Source: Steroidobacteraceae bacterium (GTDB lineage Bacteria > Pseudomonadota > Gammaproteobacteria > Steroidobacterales > Steroidobacteraceae). From it: DNA of 64,000 nt. Below the pieces are notes generated by a model. It had not been told where the DNA came from. It worked only from the letters and a program-made list of their open reading frames with translations, and made no database searches. The position numbers were made by a program, and so were the translations under genes. Below, one piece after another: positions 53,442 through 62,082 of the stretch. The number at the start of each line of letters is the position of its first letter. Position 1 is the first letter of the stretch. The DNA lies in assembly GCA_044375575.1 (NCBI GenBank), contig JBILMJ010000010.1, forward strand, positions 2,282-66,281. The letters run 5' to 3'.

Positions 53442-55892
53442 TCAGAACCTCGACGCTTCCTGCTGCACGAACGTCACGAACTCCTCGGGGCTCACGCGCA
53501 ATGCCGCGCCGGTCGGACACGCCCGTACACACGCCGGACCGCCGTCCTGCCCCTTGCACATATCGCACTTGACGGCTTTTTTGACGGTCTTTGGCGCTCC
53601 GTGTGTATCGCCTTGAACGTGGTGCTGCTCGCGACCGAGCCCACGAACCTCGCCGAATACATCGCCCTTTTCACCGCCGAACAAAAGCCATGACACGAGA
53701 GAAGGCGACTCGGTGGGCGGCCCCGCCATCTGGATCACCCCGTAGGGGCAATTGCGCTCGCAGTTTCCACAACCGATGCAGTTGTCGCCGACGAATACTT
53801 CACCGTTCGGCGAGCGCCGAATGGCATCGGGTGGACAGTCCTTCATGCAATGCGGGTCTTCGCAGTGCCGACAGGACGTTGGTACATGAACGTTCGCAAA
53901 GGTTGGCCCTGCGGCTCGATCGAGGCGAGACGTCCCGCCATGCGTGGCGGCACAAGCCCTTTCACAGTTATCGCATCCGATGCACAAGGCTTCGTCGATC
54001 AACAGTACATCGGTGGCTTCGCCAAGACCTTGCTTCAGCAAAAACGAAATGAGTTCGCCTGCATTATCTTGTCCCTGCAGCCGGGTGTTACTCGCCACGC
54101 GCTGTCGTACGGTTTCCTCAAGCTCGGCACGCAAAGCCGGATTCTGTCGTAACAATTCGGCGAACGTTTCGGCATCGAGGCTGATCGTTTCGGTCGCGAC
54201 CGTTGCTCGTACCGTCGCACTACGACGGGTGCCCCCCATCAACCCCATCTCGCCGACGTAGTTGCCGGCGGCAACGTATGACATGACGATCTCGCGACCG
54301 CCGAGGGCTCGCAGCACGGCGAGCGAACCGCTGCGTACGAGATGGAGCGTATCGGCCTCGTCACCCTCGCTGAATAAAACCTGTCCGGCCTTGTAACGAT
54401 TCAATTTCGATTTGGCGGCGATAGGCAGCAAGTCCGCCGTCTTCGCCTGCGGCGCAAATCCGCTCTGGATGGCGCGTACGATGAAGGTCTGATCGATCAC
54501 GAGACGCGCGGCATCGACCGAGTTCAAGAGCTTCAAGATATCCCGTCGAGGCGTCTCGATCAGCACGCACTCCTTGCCGGCGATGACTGTCGCCGTACGA
54601 CGACGACCGGACAGCAGCCCCATCTCGCCGAAAAACTGACCCGCCACCAAAGGAATTCGGACGTTCGGGCGATTGTCGTCGATCTGTATCTCGACGCCGC
54701 CGGCAAAGACGGTGAAGAATGAGTTGGTGTAGTCGTTACGCTTGAAGACGATGTCACCAGCATTCAGCACGTGGATCGTGCTCCCGAGCATCAGCTCGCG
54801 GAACATCAGCGGATTCACCTCAGTGAACAGAGGAATCTGCCGCTGCATCGCCTGCAGAGTGTCGGTCACCGACCGGTGCCCGGGAATATTCGAAAACTTC
54901 GCCGCAAGCAGCGGCTCGTCGGCGGGCGCTATCGAAATCCCGCGGATGAATTCCACGACTTCGTATCCCTGATTCATCGCCTGTTTGATGAGGGGATAGC
55001 CTCCCAATGCACCAATCACATAGAGCCCAGGAACGTTCGACTCATAAGACGACGACAACACAGGGAGCGATGCGGCATCACTCGACGGAAACTCGATCCC
55101 GCAGGACTCGATGAACTTTCGCGGTGGCGTGGCGCCGAGTCGAGCAATGATTCGATCGCAGGGCAATTGCATTTCGCCGGTGGATGTATTCAGCGTCAAC
55201 GAATACGGTTTTTCTCCACCCGGGCTCTCTGCCAACGACACACACTGGGTCGAATAGAGACAGGCAACTTTTTCGGCTTCAATATGTTTGAGAATGAGCG
55301 CGAGGTTGCCGTCCTTGCACCGCGAGAACTCACCCGACCGATTGACGATATACACCGTGTTTTGCTTCGAGAGCGCGACGGCATTCTCGATCGCGGCGTC
55401 ACCTGCGCCCACCACGACGATGGTTTCGTTTTTGTATTCATCCGGATCGTCGAGCGAGTACTGCACGCAGGGCAGCCCTTCGCCGGGGATACCGAGCAGG
55501 CGAGGATTTCCTTGAAGGCCGATGGCGAGCACGACGTTTTCGGCCGAGACGGCACCGCCGTCACGCAAGCGAAGTTGGAAGTCCCCGCGAGCGCCCGTTA
55601 TCGCGACCACCTCGGCGCCATGGCGGATATCGACCGCATGCTCCTCGAGACCGCTCGCCCATTCCTCCAGAATTCGTTCGCGGCTACCCGCCGCGAAACG
55701 CATCGAACTGCGCAGCGGAAGTACGTTGGGCTCGGCCATGACGTGCTTGTTCTTCTGGTATCGATGGATCGTGTCCGCATGCGCGGCGGACTTTTCGAGC
55801 AGGACGTGCGAGACCCCCGTTTCGGCGGCGCGCGCAGCAGCGCTGAGGCCGCCCGGCCCCGAGCCGACCACGGCGACGGTAACTTTGGTCAT
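53442..55892 (-). CDS. Fusion protein: FAD/NAD(P)-dependent pyridine-nucleotide-disulfide-type oxidoreductase, 2 cyclic-nucleotide-binding domains and a 4x[4Fe-4S] ferredoxin module
   Basis: The ATG at 55892 gives MTKVTVAVVGSGPGGLSAAARAAE (first dinucleotide fold). TIVVVGAGDAAIENA is the second. The cNMP blocks are FFGEMGLLSGRRRTATVIA and YVGEMGLMGGTRRSATVRA. The Cys clusters are CIGCDNCERAC, CRHCEDPHCMKDCP, CIGCGNCERNCP and CDMCKGQDGGPACVRACP. Confidence 0.8.
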   Translation of the reverse strand: MTKVTVAVVGSGPGGLSAAARAAETGVSHVLLEKSAAHADTIHRYQKNKHVMAEPNVLPLRSSMRFAAGSRERILEEWASGLEEHAVDIRHGAEVVAITGARGDFQLRLRDGGAVSAENVVLAIGLQGNPRLLGIPGEGLPCVQYSLDDPDEYKNETIVVVGAGDAAIENAVALSKQNTVYIVNRSGEFSRCKDGNLALILKHIEAEKVACLYSTQCVSLAESPGGEKPYSLTLNTSTGEMQLPCDRIIARLGATPPRKFIESCGIEFPSSDAASLPVLSSSYESNVPGLYVIGALGGYPLIKQAMNQGYEVVEFIRGISIAPADEPLLAAKFSNIPGHRSVTDTLQAMQRQIPLFTEVNPLMFRELMLGSTIHVLNAGDIVFKRNDYTNSFFTVFAGGVEIQIDDNRPNVRIPLVAGQFFGEMGLLSGRRRTATVIAGKECVLIETPRRDILKLLNSVDAARLVIDQTFIVRAIQSGFAPQAKTADLLPIAAKSKLNRYKAGQVLFSEGDEADTLHLVRSGSLAVLRALGGREIVMSYVAAGNYVGEMGLMGGTRRSATVRATVATETISLDAETFAELLRQNPALRAELEETVRQRVASNTRLQGQDNAGELISFLLKQGLGEATDVLLIDEALCIGCDNCERACAATHGGTSRLDRAAGPTFANVHVPTSCRHCEDPHCMKDCPPDAIRRSPNGEVFVGDNCIGCGNCERNCPYGVIQMAGPPTESPSLVSWLLFGGEKGDVFGEVRGLGREQHHVQGDTHGAPKTVKKAVKCDMCKGQDGGPACVRACPTGAALRVSPEEFVTFVQQEASRF

Positions 55893-56058
55893 CCCCGATC
55901 CTTCCCCGACGGCCCGGCGCTGCAAAAAAGTTGTTTTTCCCAACCCCGGCCCCGACTCATGTTTTACTTCAAGTTAGATCCATTTCGGAGCGGTCAGTAG
56001 AAGGCCACAATCGGATGCAATCTTCAACGAATATTCCGCGACTCAACCGCGGCTGGCC

Positions 56059-57402
56059 GTGGTGCGACCGACCATGATCCCCACCCGTTGCGGCGACCGG
56101 TTGAGCGCGGCGCTGGCGGTGCTCGCGCCCAGTTGCCCTGCGGCGGAAGTGAGCCGGATAGCGGCGTTGATCGACGAGGCGATGTCGGGCTCCGATCGGG
56201 CCTATCACACGCTGCCGCATGCCTTGATGGTGGCTGAGTCAGACGACTCGATCGAAATCCTGATCGGCTTGTTCCATGACATCGTGCAACTCGAGGTCGA
56301 CGCCGGTATCGCACCGTGTCTCGAGAGCGTCCTCGATGACTTCAGGGTGATACGCGCGGAAGAATCCTCTGGCGATCTCGATTCGCCGCGCAGCCGTCAC
56401 CTCTCGGAAGTGCTTCACACCGCCGGCCGAGTCCCTGATCGATGGACGGCAACCGTGCAGTCAATTTTCCGCATCGCTCCGGGAGGCGCGCTTAAGAAGA
56501 TTAACGGCCATAACGAGTTCCTCAGCGCATTGGTTGCAGCTCGATTACTGGAGCCTTGGCTCGATGACATTACGATGATCAGTCTCATCGCAGGCATCGA
56601 AACCTCGATTCCTTTTCGGAGTGACCCTGAGGGCTCGTTGCAGGCACTTCGCGACTCGATACGACGCCTCGATCAAGAAAATAGCCTAGGGCTCGGCACT
56701 GCGCAGCTCGATACGCTGATGCACCGAGCAGTTCGGATCGCTAATCGAGACGTGCAGAGTTTTGGTGAGACCGATCTCGCGGCATTTCTCGGTGATACGT
56801 TCACGTTATTGATGGAATCGTGTCCGTCACGAGGCTCGGGGAGCTCAGTGCAGATCGACACCTATCGTCGAGCACTGCAAAAAATGACGGCGTTCTTGTC
56901 GTCGATTTCTCCTTCCAGCGTCTTTCGCCGCTTTGGCGACGAGCCCACGCTCACCACACATCACGCGCGACAACTTCGCACTGCTCATAACCTTGAGGTC
57001 GTCGCCCTCGTGCTCTCCGCAAGACTGCTATCGACCCTATTGCTGGAGGCGGAACTCGGTGACGAGAAACCTGCCCTCGCGCTGACGCCATCGCCATCGA
57101 TACACAGATCGACATGGCCCGAGGAGATCGACGCCAAAGCCCGCGAGTTATTGTCGAGCGAAGCGGGTTGGCGCTGGCGGGCGACCGTCTCCTCCTCGGT
57201 GGTGGAGGTCGACATGCTCGCCCGATGGAGCAGCGAAGCGCTGATCCGAAAGGCAAAAGAAGTTCAGGCGCTCGTGGCGCAGCTCGATGTCACCGGAGCA
57301 TCGGATGCCCGTAGAGCATTGCGAGCGCTTATCCTGAGCCATTACTCGCAACACCATCGCGAGTGGGCCAAGGAGGTCGCCCGAGGCTTGGACGATTTAT
57401 AA
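56059..57402 (+). CDS. Hypothetical protein with HD-superfamily phosphohydrolase-like N-terminus
   Basis: 447 aa. DRAYHTLPHALMV...LIGLFHDIVQ resembles the H...HD motif arrangement of HD-domain proteins. The remaining roughly 250 aa are unassigned. GTG start, with an ATG alternative at 56074. Confidence 0.35.
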   Translation: MVRPTMIPTRCGDRLSAALAVLAPSCPAAEVSRIAALIDEAMSGSDRAYHTLPHALMVAESDDSIEILIGLFHDIVQLEVDAGIAPCLESVLDDFRVIRAEESSGDLDSPRSRHLSEVLHTAGRVPDRWTATVQSIFRIAPGGALKKINGHNEFLSALVAARLLEPWLDDITMISLIAGIETSIPFRSDPEGSLQALRDSIRRLDQENSLGLGTAQLDTLMHRAVRIANRDVQSFGETDLAAFLGDTFTLLMESCPSRGSGSSVQIDTYRRALQKMTAFLSSISPSSVFRRFGDEPTLTTHHARQLRTAHNLEVVALVLSARLLSTLLLEAELGDEKPALALTPSPSIHRSTWPEEIDAKARELLSSEAGWRWRATVSSSVVEVDMLARWSSEALIRKAKEVQALVAQLDVTGASDARRALRALILSHYSQHHREWAKEVARGLDDL

Positions 57403-57403
57403 G

Positions 57404-58438
57404 TCAGCTGTGCCGAATGACCACTTTCCCAAAGTGATTACCGTCCTCCATATAAAGGTATGCCGCAGGCGCATCGGTAAAGTCGAATACGCGATCGATG
57501 ACCGGCTTGATGCGGTGGTTGTCGATGAAAAGATTCATGGTTTCGAAATCGGACCGAGACCCGACGAAGATCCCCGAGACCCTCATGCTACGGCCGATCA
57601 TATTCGCCGCCGGAATCTCCCCACCGAAGCCACCTAGCCCGCCGATGATTGCGATATGGCCACCGTGAGCGAGGACGGCGAGTGATTGCCGGAGCGTACC
57701 GACGCCGCCAACCTCGAGCACATGGTGAACACCGACGCCTTTTGTTGCGGCAAGTACGGCCGCAGTCCAATCGGGCGTTTCCCGATAGTTGATCAGGTGA
57801 GTCGCGCCAAGGTCGCGAGCTCGTGCCAATTTATCGTTACTTGAGCTTGTGATGACGACCTGCGCACCAAATGCTTGCGCGAACTGCAAGCCGAATATCG
57901 ATACTCCGCCGGTTCCTTGTAGCAGCACATAATCGTCTGCACACAGACCGCCTCGCGTGACGAGGCCGTTCCATGCCGTCACCGCCGCGCACGGCAACGT
58001 CGCGGCCTCTTCAAAAGAAAGATGTGCGGGATAACGCAATACACCGTCTTCATGGAGCGTGACGTACTCGGCCAACATGCCGTCGCGGGCTCCGCCAAGC
58101 GCAGACTCGCCGGTGGAGGAAAGCCCTCGACCCTCGAGCCAACTCTGGAAAAACTGACCGACGACACGGTCGCCGGGTTTGACACGCGTGACCCCATTAC
58201 CGACCGCGACGACTTCTCCCGCTCCGTCCGACAGTGGCACGACCTTCTCGCGGCCTGCAACGGGATAATCACCCCGCAAGATCATGATGTCGCGTCGATT
58301 GATGGACGACGCATGAACACGGATCAGCACTTCCTGCGGACCCGGCTCACGCACGACCGCGTTTTCAACGAGCTCTAGGCGATACGCCTTCTCATGTCGG
58401 ACGAGTTGGTACTGTTTTTGACTGACGGGGATATTCAT
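57404..58438 (-). CDS. Medium-chain dehydrogenase/reductase (NADPH:quinone oxidoreductase / Zn-ADH-like)
   Basis: 344 aa. It has a GroES-like N-terminus (VLIRVHASSINRRDIMILRGDYP) and a Rossmann motif (VLLQGTGGVSIFGLQFA). Confidence 0.8.
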   Translation of the reverse strand: MNIPVSQKQYQLVRHEKAYRLELVENAVVREPGPQEVLIRVHASSINRRDIMILRGDYPVAGREKVVPLSDGAGEVVAVGNGVTRVKPGDRVVGQFFQSWLEGRGLSSTGESALGGARDGMLAEYVTLHEDGVLRYPAHLSFEEAATLPCAAVTAWNGLVTRGGLCADDYVLLQGTGGVSIFGLQFAQAFGAQVVITSSSNDKLARARDLGATHLINYRETPDWTAAVLAATKGVGVHHVLEVGGVGTLRQSLAVLAHGGHIAIIGGLGGFGGEIPAANMIGRSMRVSGIFVGSRSDFETMNLFIDNHRIKPVIDRVFDFTDAPAAYLYMEDGNHFGKVVIRHS

Positions 58439-58446
58439 GAACTTGA

Positions 58447-61362
58447 TTATACGGCGAGCTGATGGACTGACATCGGGTCTTTAGGAATCATCGAGCGGGA
58501 CGCTCGGATGTCTCCATACAGTGTCGTGCGCTGCCGCGACAGCCTTCCGATCGAGCGGATCGATTCGATCATCGAGTCCGCCGTCAAGGTTTGACCATTG
58601 ACTCCGCCCGCCGCGCGAGTGATCGATTCGTTCATGAGTACGCCGCCGAGATCGTTCGCTCCGACACGCAAAGCTTCGAGTGCGCCATCGCGCCCGAGCT
58701 TCACCCACGAGGCCTGGATGTTTCGGATCACCGGCTCGAATACGAGCCGTGATACGGCATGCATCAAGATAGCCTCACGCCAACTAGGCCCGCTACGCGC
58801 GAGGCCCCGCCGCCAAAGTGGTGCTTCCATGTGCACGAACGGCAGCGGAACAAACTCCGTGAAGCCCTGTGTCTCTTGCTGCAGCATTCTGATTTCGAGC
58901 AAATGTCGCGCCCATTGTCTTAGCGTGTCGACATGGCCGAACATGATCGTAGCGGTGCTCCGCAGCCCGATGGCATGGGCTTCTCTCACCACGTGGAGCC
59001 AGCTCGCCGTATCGAGTTTGTCGGGACAAATGATTGCACGGACATCGTCCACCAAAATCTCAGCGGCAGTCCCGGGCAATGAGCGCAGTCCCGCCTCTTT
59101 GAGCCGAACTAGAAACTCGCGTACGGGTATTCCAAGCGTCTCGGCACCATGCGTCACCTCGAGAGGTGAAAGTCCGTGAATGTGAATGTCCGCCGCCGCC
59201 GAACGCGCAGCGCGGATGATCTCGAGATAAGTTTCTCCCGTGAAAGCAGGGTGTATTCCACCTTGCAGACAAACTTCCGTGGCTCCGGACTCGGCCGCCT
59301 CGGTCACGCGCCTGCCGATTTCTTCGAGATCGAGTCGATATCCGGGCCCTCGCAACGTGCGGGCACCGCGACCTTTTGCGAATGCGCAGAACCCACAGGA
59401 GTAAGTGCAAATATTCGTGTAATTGATGTTCCGATTAATGACGAAACTGACGGTGTCGCTGCACACACTTCGGCGAAGCTCATCTGCTGCACCGACTACT
59501 GCCTGAAAGTCGGCACCGTCTGCCGTGAGGAGACGCACGATCTCATCCTCGCCTAGCGCCTGGCCTTTGGAGCCTCTGCTTATCGCCGCCTTTACTCTGG
59601 ATGACACCGGCCCAACGGGTTTGACGGCTCGGGCGAGCTCGACGTAGGGCTTGAACGGCGGATCGCCTGCCCCGGCATGCCAAGAGGTCTCGCGTACATA
59701 ACCCGACGCATCGAGTTTCCTAAGAACTGCCGAACGAAATATCGGATCGACCCATTTGGGATCGTGGGCGTGTGACATCACGATGGGTAGTCGCTCGACG
59801 AGCCATCGACCTGCGGCTTGGGTTTCACGCCTCAAGAGTTCGAGCTCGGGCCAAGGCGCCTCGGGATTGACGAAATCAGCCGTTACAGGCGATACCCCTC
59901 CCCAATCGTTGATCCCCGCATCGACCAACGCCGTCAATGACCCCATGCTGAGATTGGGCGGAGCCTGTATCGACATGCTCGAGCCGAAGATCAATCGAGC
60001 GACTGCGATCGTCCACTGCAATTCTTCGAGCGAGGGCTCAGGTGCATCGGCCATCCGAGTGCCCGGCTTCGCTCGAAAGTTCTGCACGATGATTTCCTGA
60101 ACGTGGCCATGGCGACGATGCGAATCACGGATGGCCAAAAGTGTCTCGATACGCTCGAGGCGCGTTTCTCCGATACCAATCAATAAACCGGTGGTGAATG
60201 GTATCGATAGTTCGCCAGCGAGATTCAGGGTCTCGAGACGCGCAGAAGGCTGCTTGTCCGGCGATCGGTGGTGAGGTCCACCTCGTGCCGACAATCTCGG
60301 CGAGAGACTTTCCATCATCAATCCCATCGACACGGAAACCGCTCGAAGCCGCTTCATCGACTCGCGGTCCATCACGCCAGGATTGAGATGAGGCAGAAGC
60401 CCGGTCTCCTCGAAAACCCGCCGCGCACAGTACTCGAGATAATCGAGCGTCGACTCGAAACCCAGGCGGGAAAGCTCTTCGCGCGCCTGAGAGTAACGAA
60501 GCTCCGGTTTGTCGCCGAGCGTGAACAGCGCTTCGACGCATCCCGCCGCGGCCCCCTGCCGCGCGACCGCCAGAACTTCGTCGATCGTCATGTAGGCACG
60601 ATCCCCTCGTCGCGGCGGCGCAGCGAAGGTGCAGTAATGACAAACGTCGCGGCACAGATGAGTCAGCGGAATGAAAACTTTTCGCGAGTACCCGACGCGC
60701 ACCCCGAAGCCATCGAGAGCGAGCTCCCGCGCACGACTCATCAAGCTCGGAAAATCTTTGTCCGTTACCAAACTTCGTATCGCCGTTTCCGGCTCGGGCT
60801 CGTCATGAAGATCTTCCGGCGTATCGATGTCGTGCGAGAGCCCCGACATCTCGATTTGGATCGCACGTAGCGACCGACGCGCTGCCATGCCGAGATGCAG
60901 CTCGGCGCTATGGGGGCCGTATTGCGGCGACACAGACGAGGGCAGCCTCAACCACAGCGCGTTCGTTCCCTCCCCTCGTCGATCAGGAACGACGACCATG
61001 TCGTATCTCCTCGCCTGATTCACGAGGGAGTCGATTTCTTCCGGGGAGATGTACGGAACATCCGCCGCCACGATGATGGATGCATCGAACCGCGAAGCAA
61101 GCGCGTCCGTGGCAAGCTGCACCGCTTCATTGAGTCCGAGACCCTCGTCGTTCAGGACCTCGATGTCGTCGGGTAATCCAGTCTCACGCTCGGGGGTCAC
61201 GACGATGATGTGATCGACACACCGCGCGGAACGAAGAGCTGTCAGCACGCGTTCCAACATCCGGCGGACCAAGGCCGCACGCTCCGCCATCGACAGTACG
61301 CTCGCCAGTCTTGACTTGCCCTCGGCGAAAGAGCGAACCGGAACGATGGCGGCTACACGCAT
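58447..61362 (-). CDS. fbiC: Triple fusion CofC/FbiD-like guanylyltransferase plus FO synthase CofG plus CofH (FbiC-type) for coenzyme F420 biosynthesis
   Basis: The ATG at 61362 gives MRVAAIVPVRSFAEGKSRLASVL...GLNEAV...RRGEGTNAL...HDIDTPEDL (CofC pattern). Two radical-SAM motifs follow: CRDVCHYCTF (CofG half) and CTYSCGFCAF (CofH half). It is a single uninterrupted frame of 971 codons. Confidence 0.8.
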   Translation of the reverse strand: MRVAAIVPVRSFAEGKSRLASVLSMAERAALVRRMLERVLTALRSARCVDHIIVVTPERETGLPDDIEVLNDEGLGLNEAVQLATDALASRFDASIIVAADVPYISPEEIDSLVNQARRYDMVVVPDRRGEGTNALWLRLPSSVSPQYGPHSAELHLGMAARRSLRAIQIEMSGLSHDIDTPEDLHDEPEPETAIRSLVTDKDFPSLMSRARELALDGFGVRVGYSRKVFIPLTHLCRDVCHYCTFAAPPRRGDRAYMTIDEVLAVARQGAAAGCVEALFTLGDKPELRYSQAREELSRLGFESTLDYLEYCARRVFEETGLLPHLNPGVMDRESMKRLRAVSVSMGLMMESLSPRLSARGGPHHRSPDKQPSARLETLNLAGELSIPFTTGLLIGIGETRLERIETLLAIRDSHRRHGHVQEIIVQNFRAKPGTRMADAPEPSLEELQWTIAVARLIFGSSMSIQAPPNLSMGSLTALVDAGINDWGGVSPVTADFVNPEAPWPELELLRRETQAAGRWLVERLPIVMSHAHDPKWVDPIFRSAVLRKLDASGYVRETSWHAGAGDPPFKPYVELARAVKPVGPVSSRVKAAISRGSKGQALGEDEIVRLLTADGADFQAVVGAADELRRSVCSDTVSFVINRNINYTNICTYSCGFCAFAKGRGARTLRGPGYRLDLEEIGRRVTEAAESGATEVCLQGGIHPAFTGETYLEIIRAARSAAADIHIHGLSPLEVTHGAETLGIPVREFLVRLKEAGLRSLPGTAAEILVDDVRAIICPDKLDTASWLHVVREAHAIGLRSTATIMFGHVDTLRQWARHLLEIRMLQQETQGFTEFVPLPFVHMEAPLWRRGLARSGPSWREAILMHAVSRLVFEPVIRNIQASWVKLGRDGALEALRVGANDLGGVLMNESITRAAGGVNGQTLTADSMIESIRSIGRLSRQRTTLYGDIRASRSMIPKDPMSVHQLAV

Positions 61363-61387
61363 CAGTTCATTACTCTTCGGAGACTCG

Positions 61388-62059
61388 TCACGCAGGGAAC
61401 TTGAGTGCACCGGAAATGCGGATCCCGGCCCCATCCACCGCGTACTGCTTGTTGATGAAAATCAGGATCGACGTCATCGCCTCGGCGGCTGCAGAGTTGG
61501 CCAGGGCACCGCCGTGGATTCCTCGAAGACCACAGGCCTGTACCAGACGAATGACGGACTCGCGCGCTGCCTTGTCATCTCCGAACACGAGCACGTCGCA
61601 ATCGACCGTCGCATCAGATGCAAGCTTGAACGCTGCGACATTGTGAAATGCCGATACGACACGTACGCCCTCGCCGAGTATTTTTTGGGCGCGCACAGCG
61701 GCACTACCCTCGAGCGGCAGTTGCACTCGCATGACCTTCGGCGGTACCAGCGGGACGGTGGTGTCGACAACGATCTTGCCCGCGACGTGCGGACTGATGT
61801 CACCCAGCGTCGACTCTTGCGAGGCAAAAGGCACGGCAAGGATGACGATATCTCCCTGAGCGGCCGCCTCCACGTTGGTGGCAGCACGAACATCGGTCTT
61901 GCACTCTGCGGTGAGCAGCTCCGCCGTCGCCTGCGCCTTGAGTACATCGCGCGATCCGATGATCACTCGCTCCCCTGCTTTGGCAAGCCGTCGAGCGAGT
62001 GCAGAACCCAAATCGCCTGTTCCGCCGATGACCGCAATGCATTGACCCTGATCAGACAT
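61388..62059 (-). CDS. npdG: NADPH-dependent F420 reductase (Npd family)
   Basis: The ATG at 62059 gives MSDQGQCIAVIGGTGDLGSALARRLAKAGERVIIGSRD (Rossmann fold). It is about 223 aa, the typical Npd length and pattern. The upstream 58 codons of the track ORF are rejected. Confidence 0.7.
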   Translation of the reverse strand: MSDQGQCIAVIGGTGDLGSALARRLAKAGERVIIGSRDVLKAQATAELLTAECKTDVRAATNVEAAAQGDIVILAVPFASQESTLGDISPHVAGKIVVDTTVPLVPPKVMRVQLPLEGSAAVRAQKILGEGVRVVSAFHNVAAFKLASDATVDCDVLVFGDDKAARESVIRLVQACGLRGIHGGALANSAAAEAMTSILIFINKQYAVDGAGIRISGALKFPA

Positions 62060-62082
62060 GCCGAACTCCCGAACCAAGACCG

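Noticed and set aside
52558-55943. Longer track starts for the conduit genes (53568, 55943, 52586, 50889, 48983, 43379) that create 30-130-nt overlaps
   Set aside because: Internal ATGs give either a signal peptide, lipobox or Rossmann fold right at the N-terminus, or ATGA or short-gap junctions with the preceding stop. The extensions are Arg-rich and lie inside the upstream gene.
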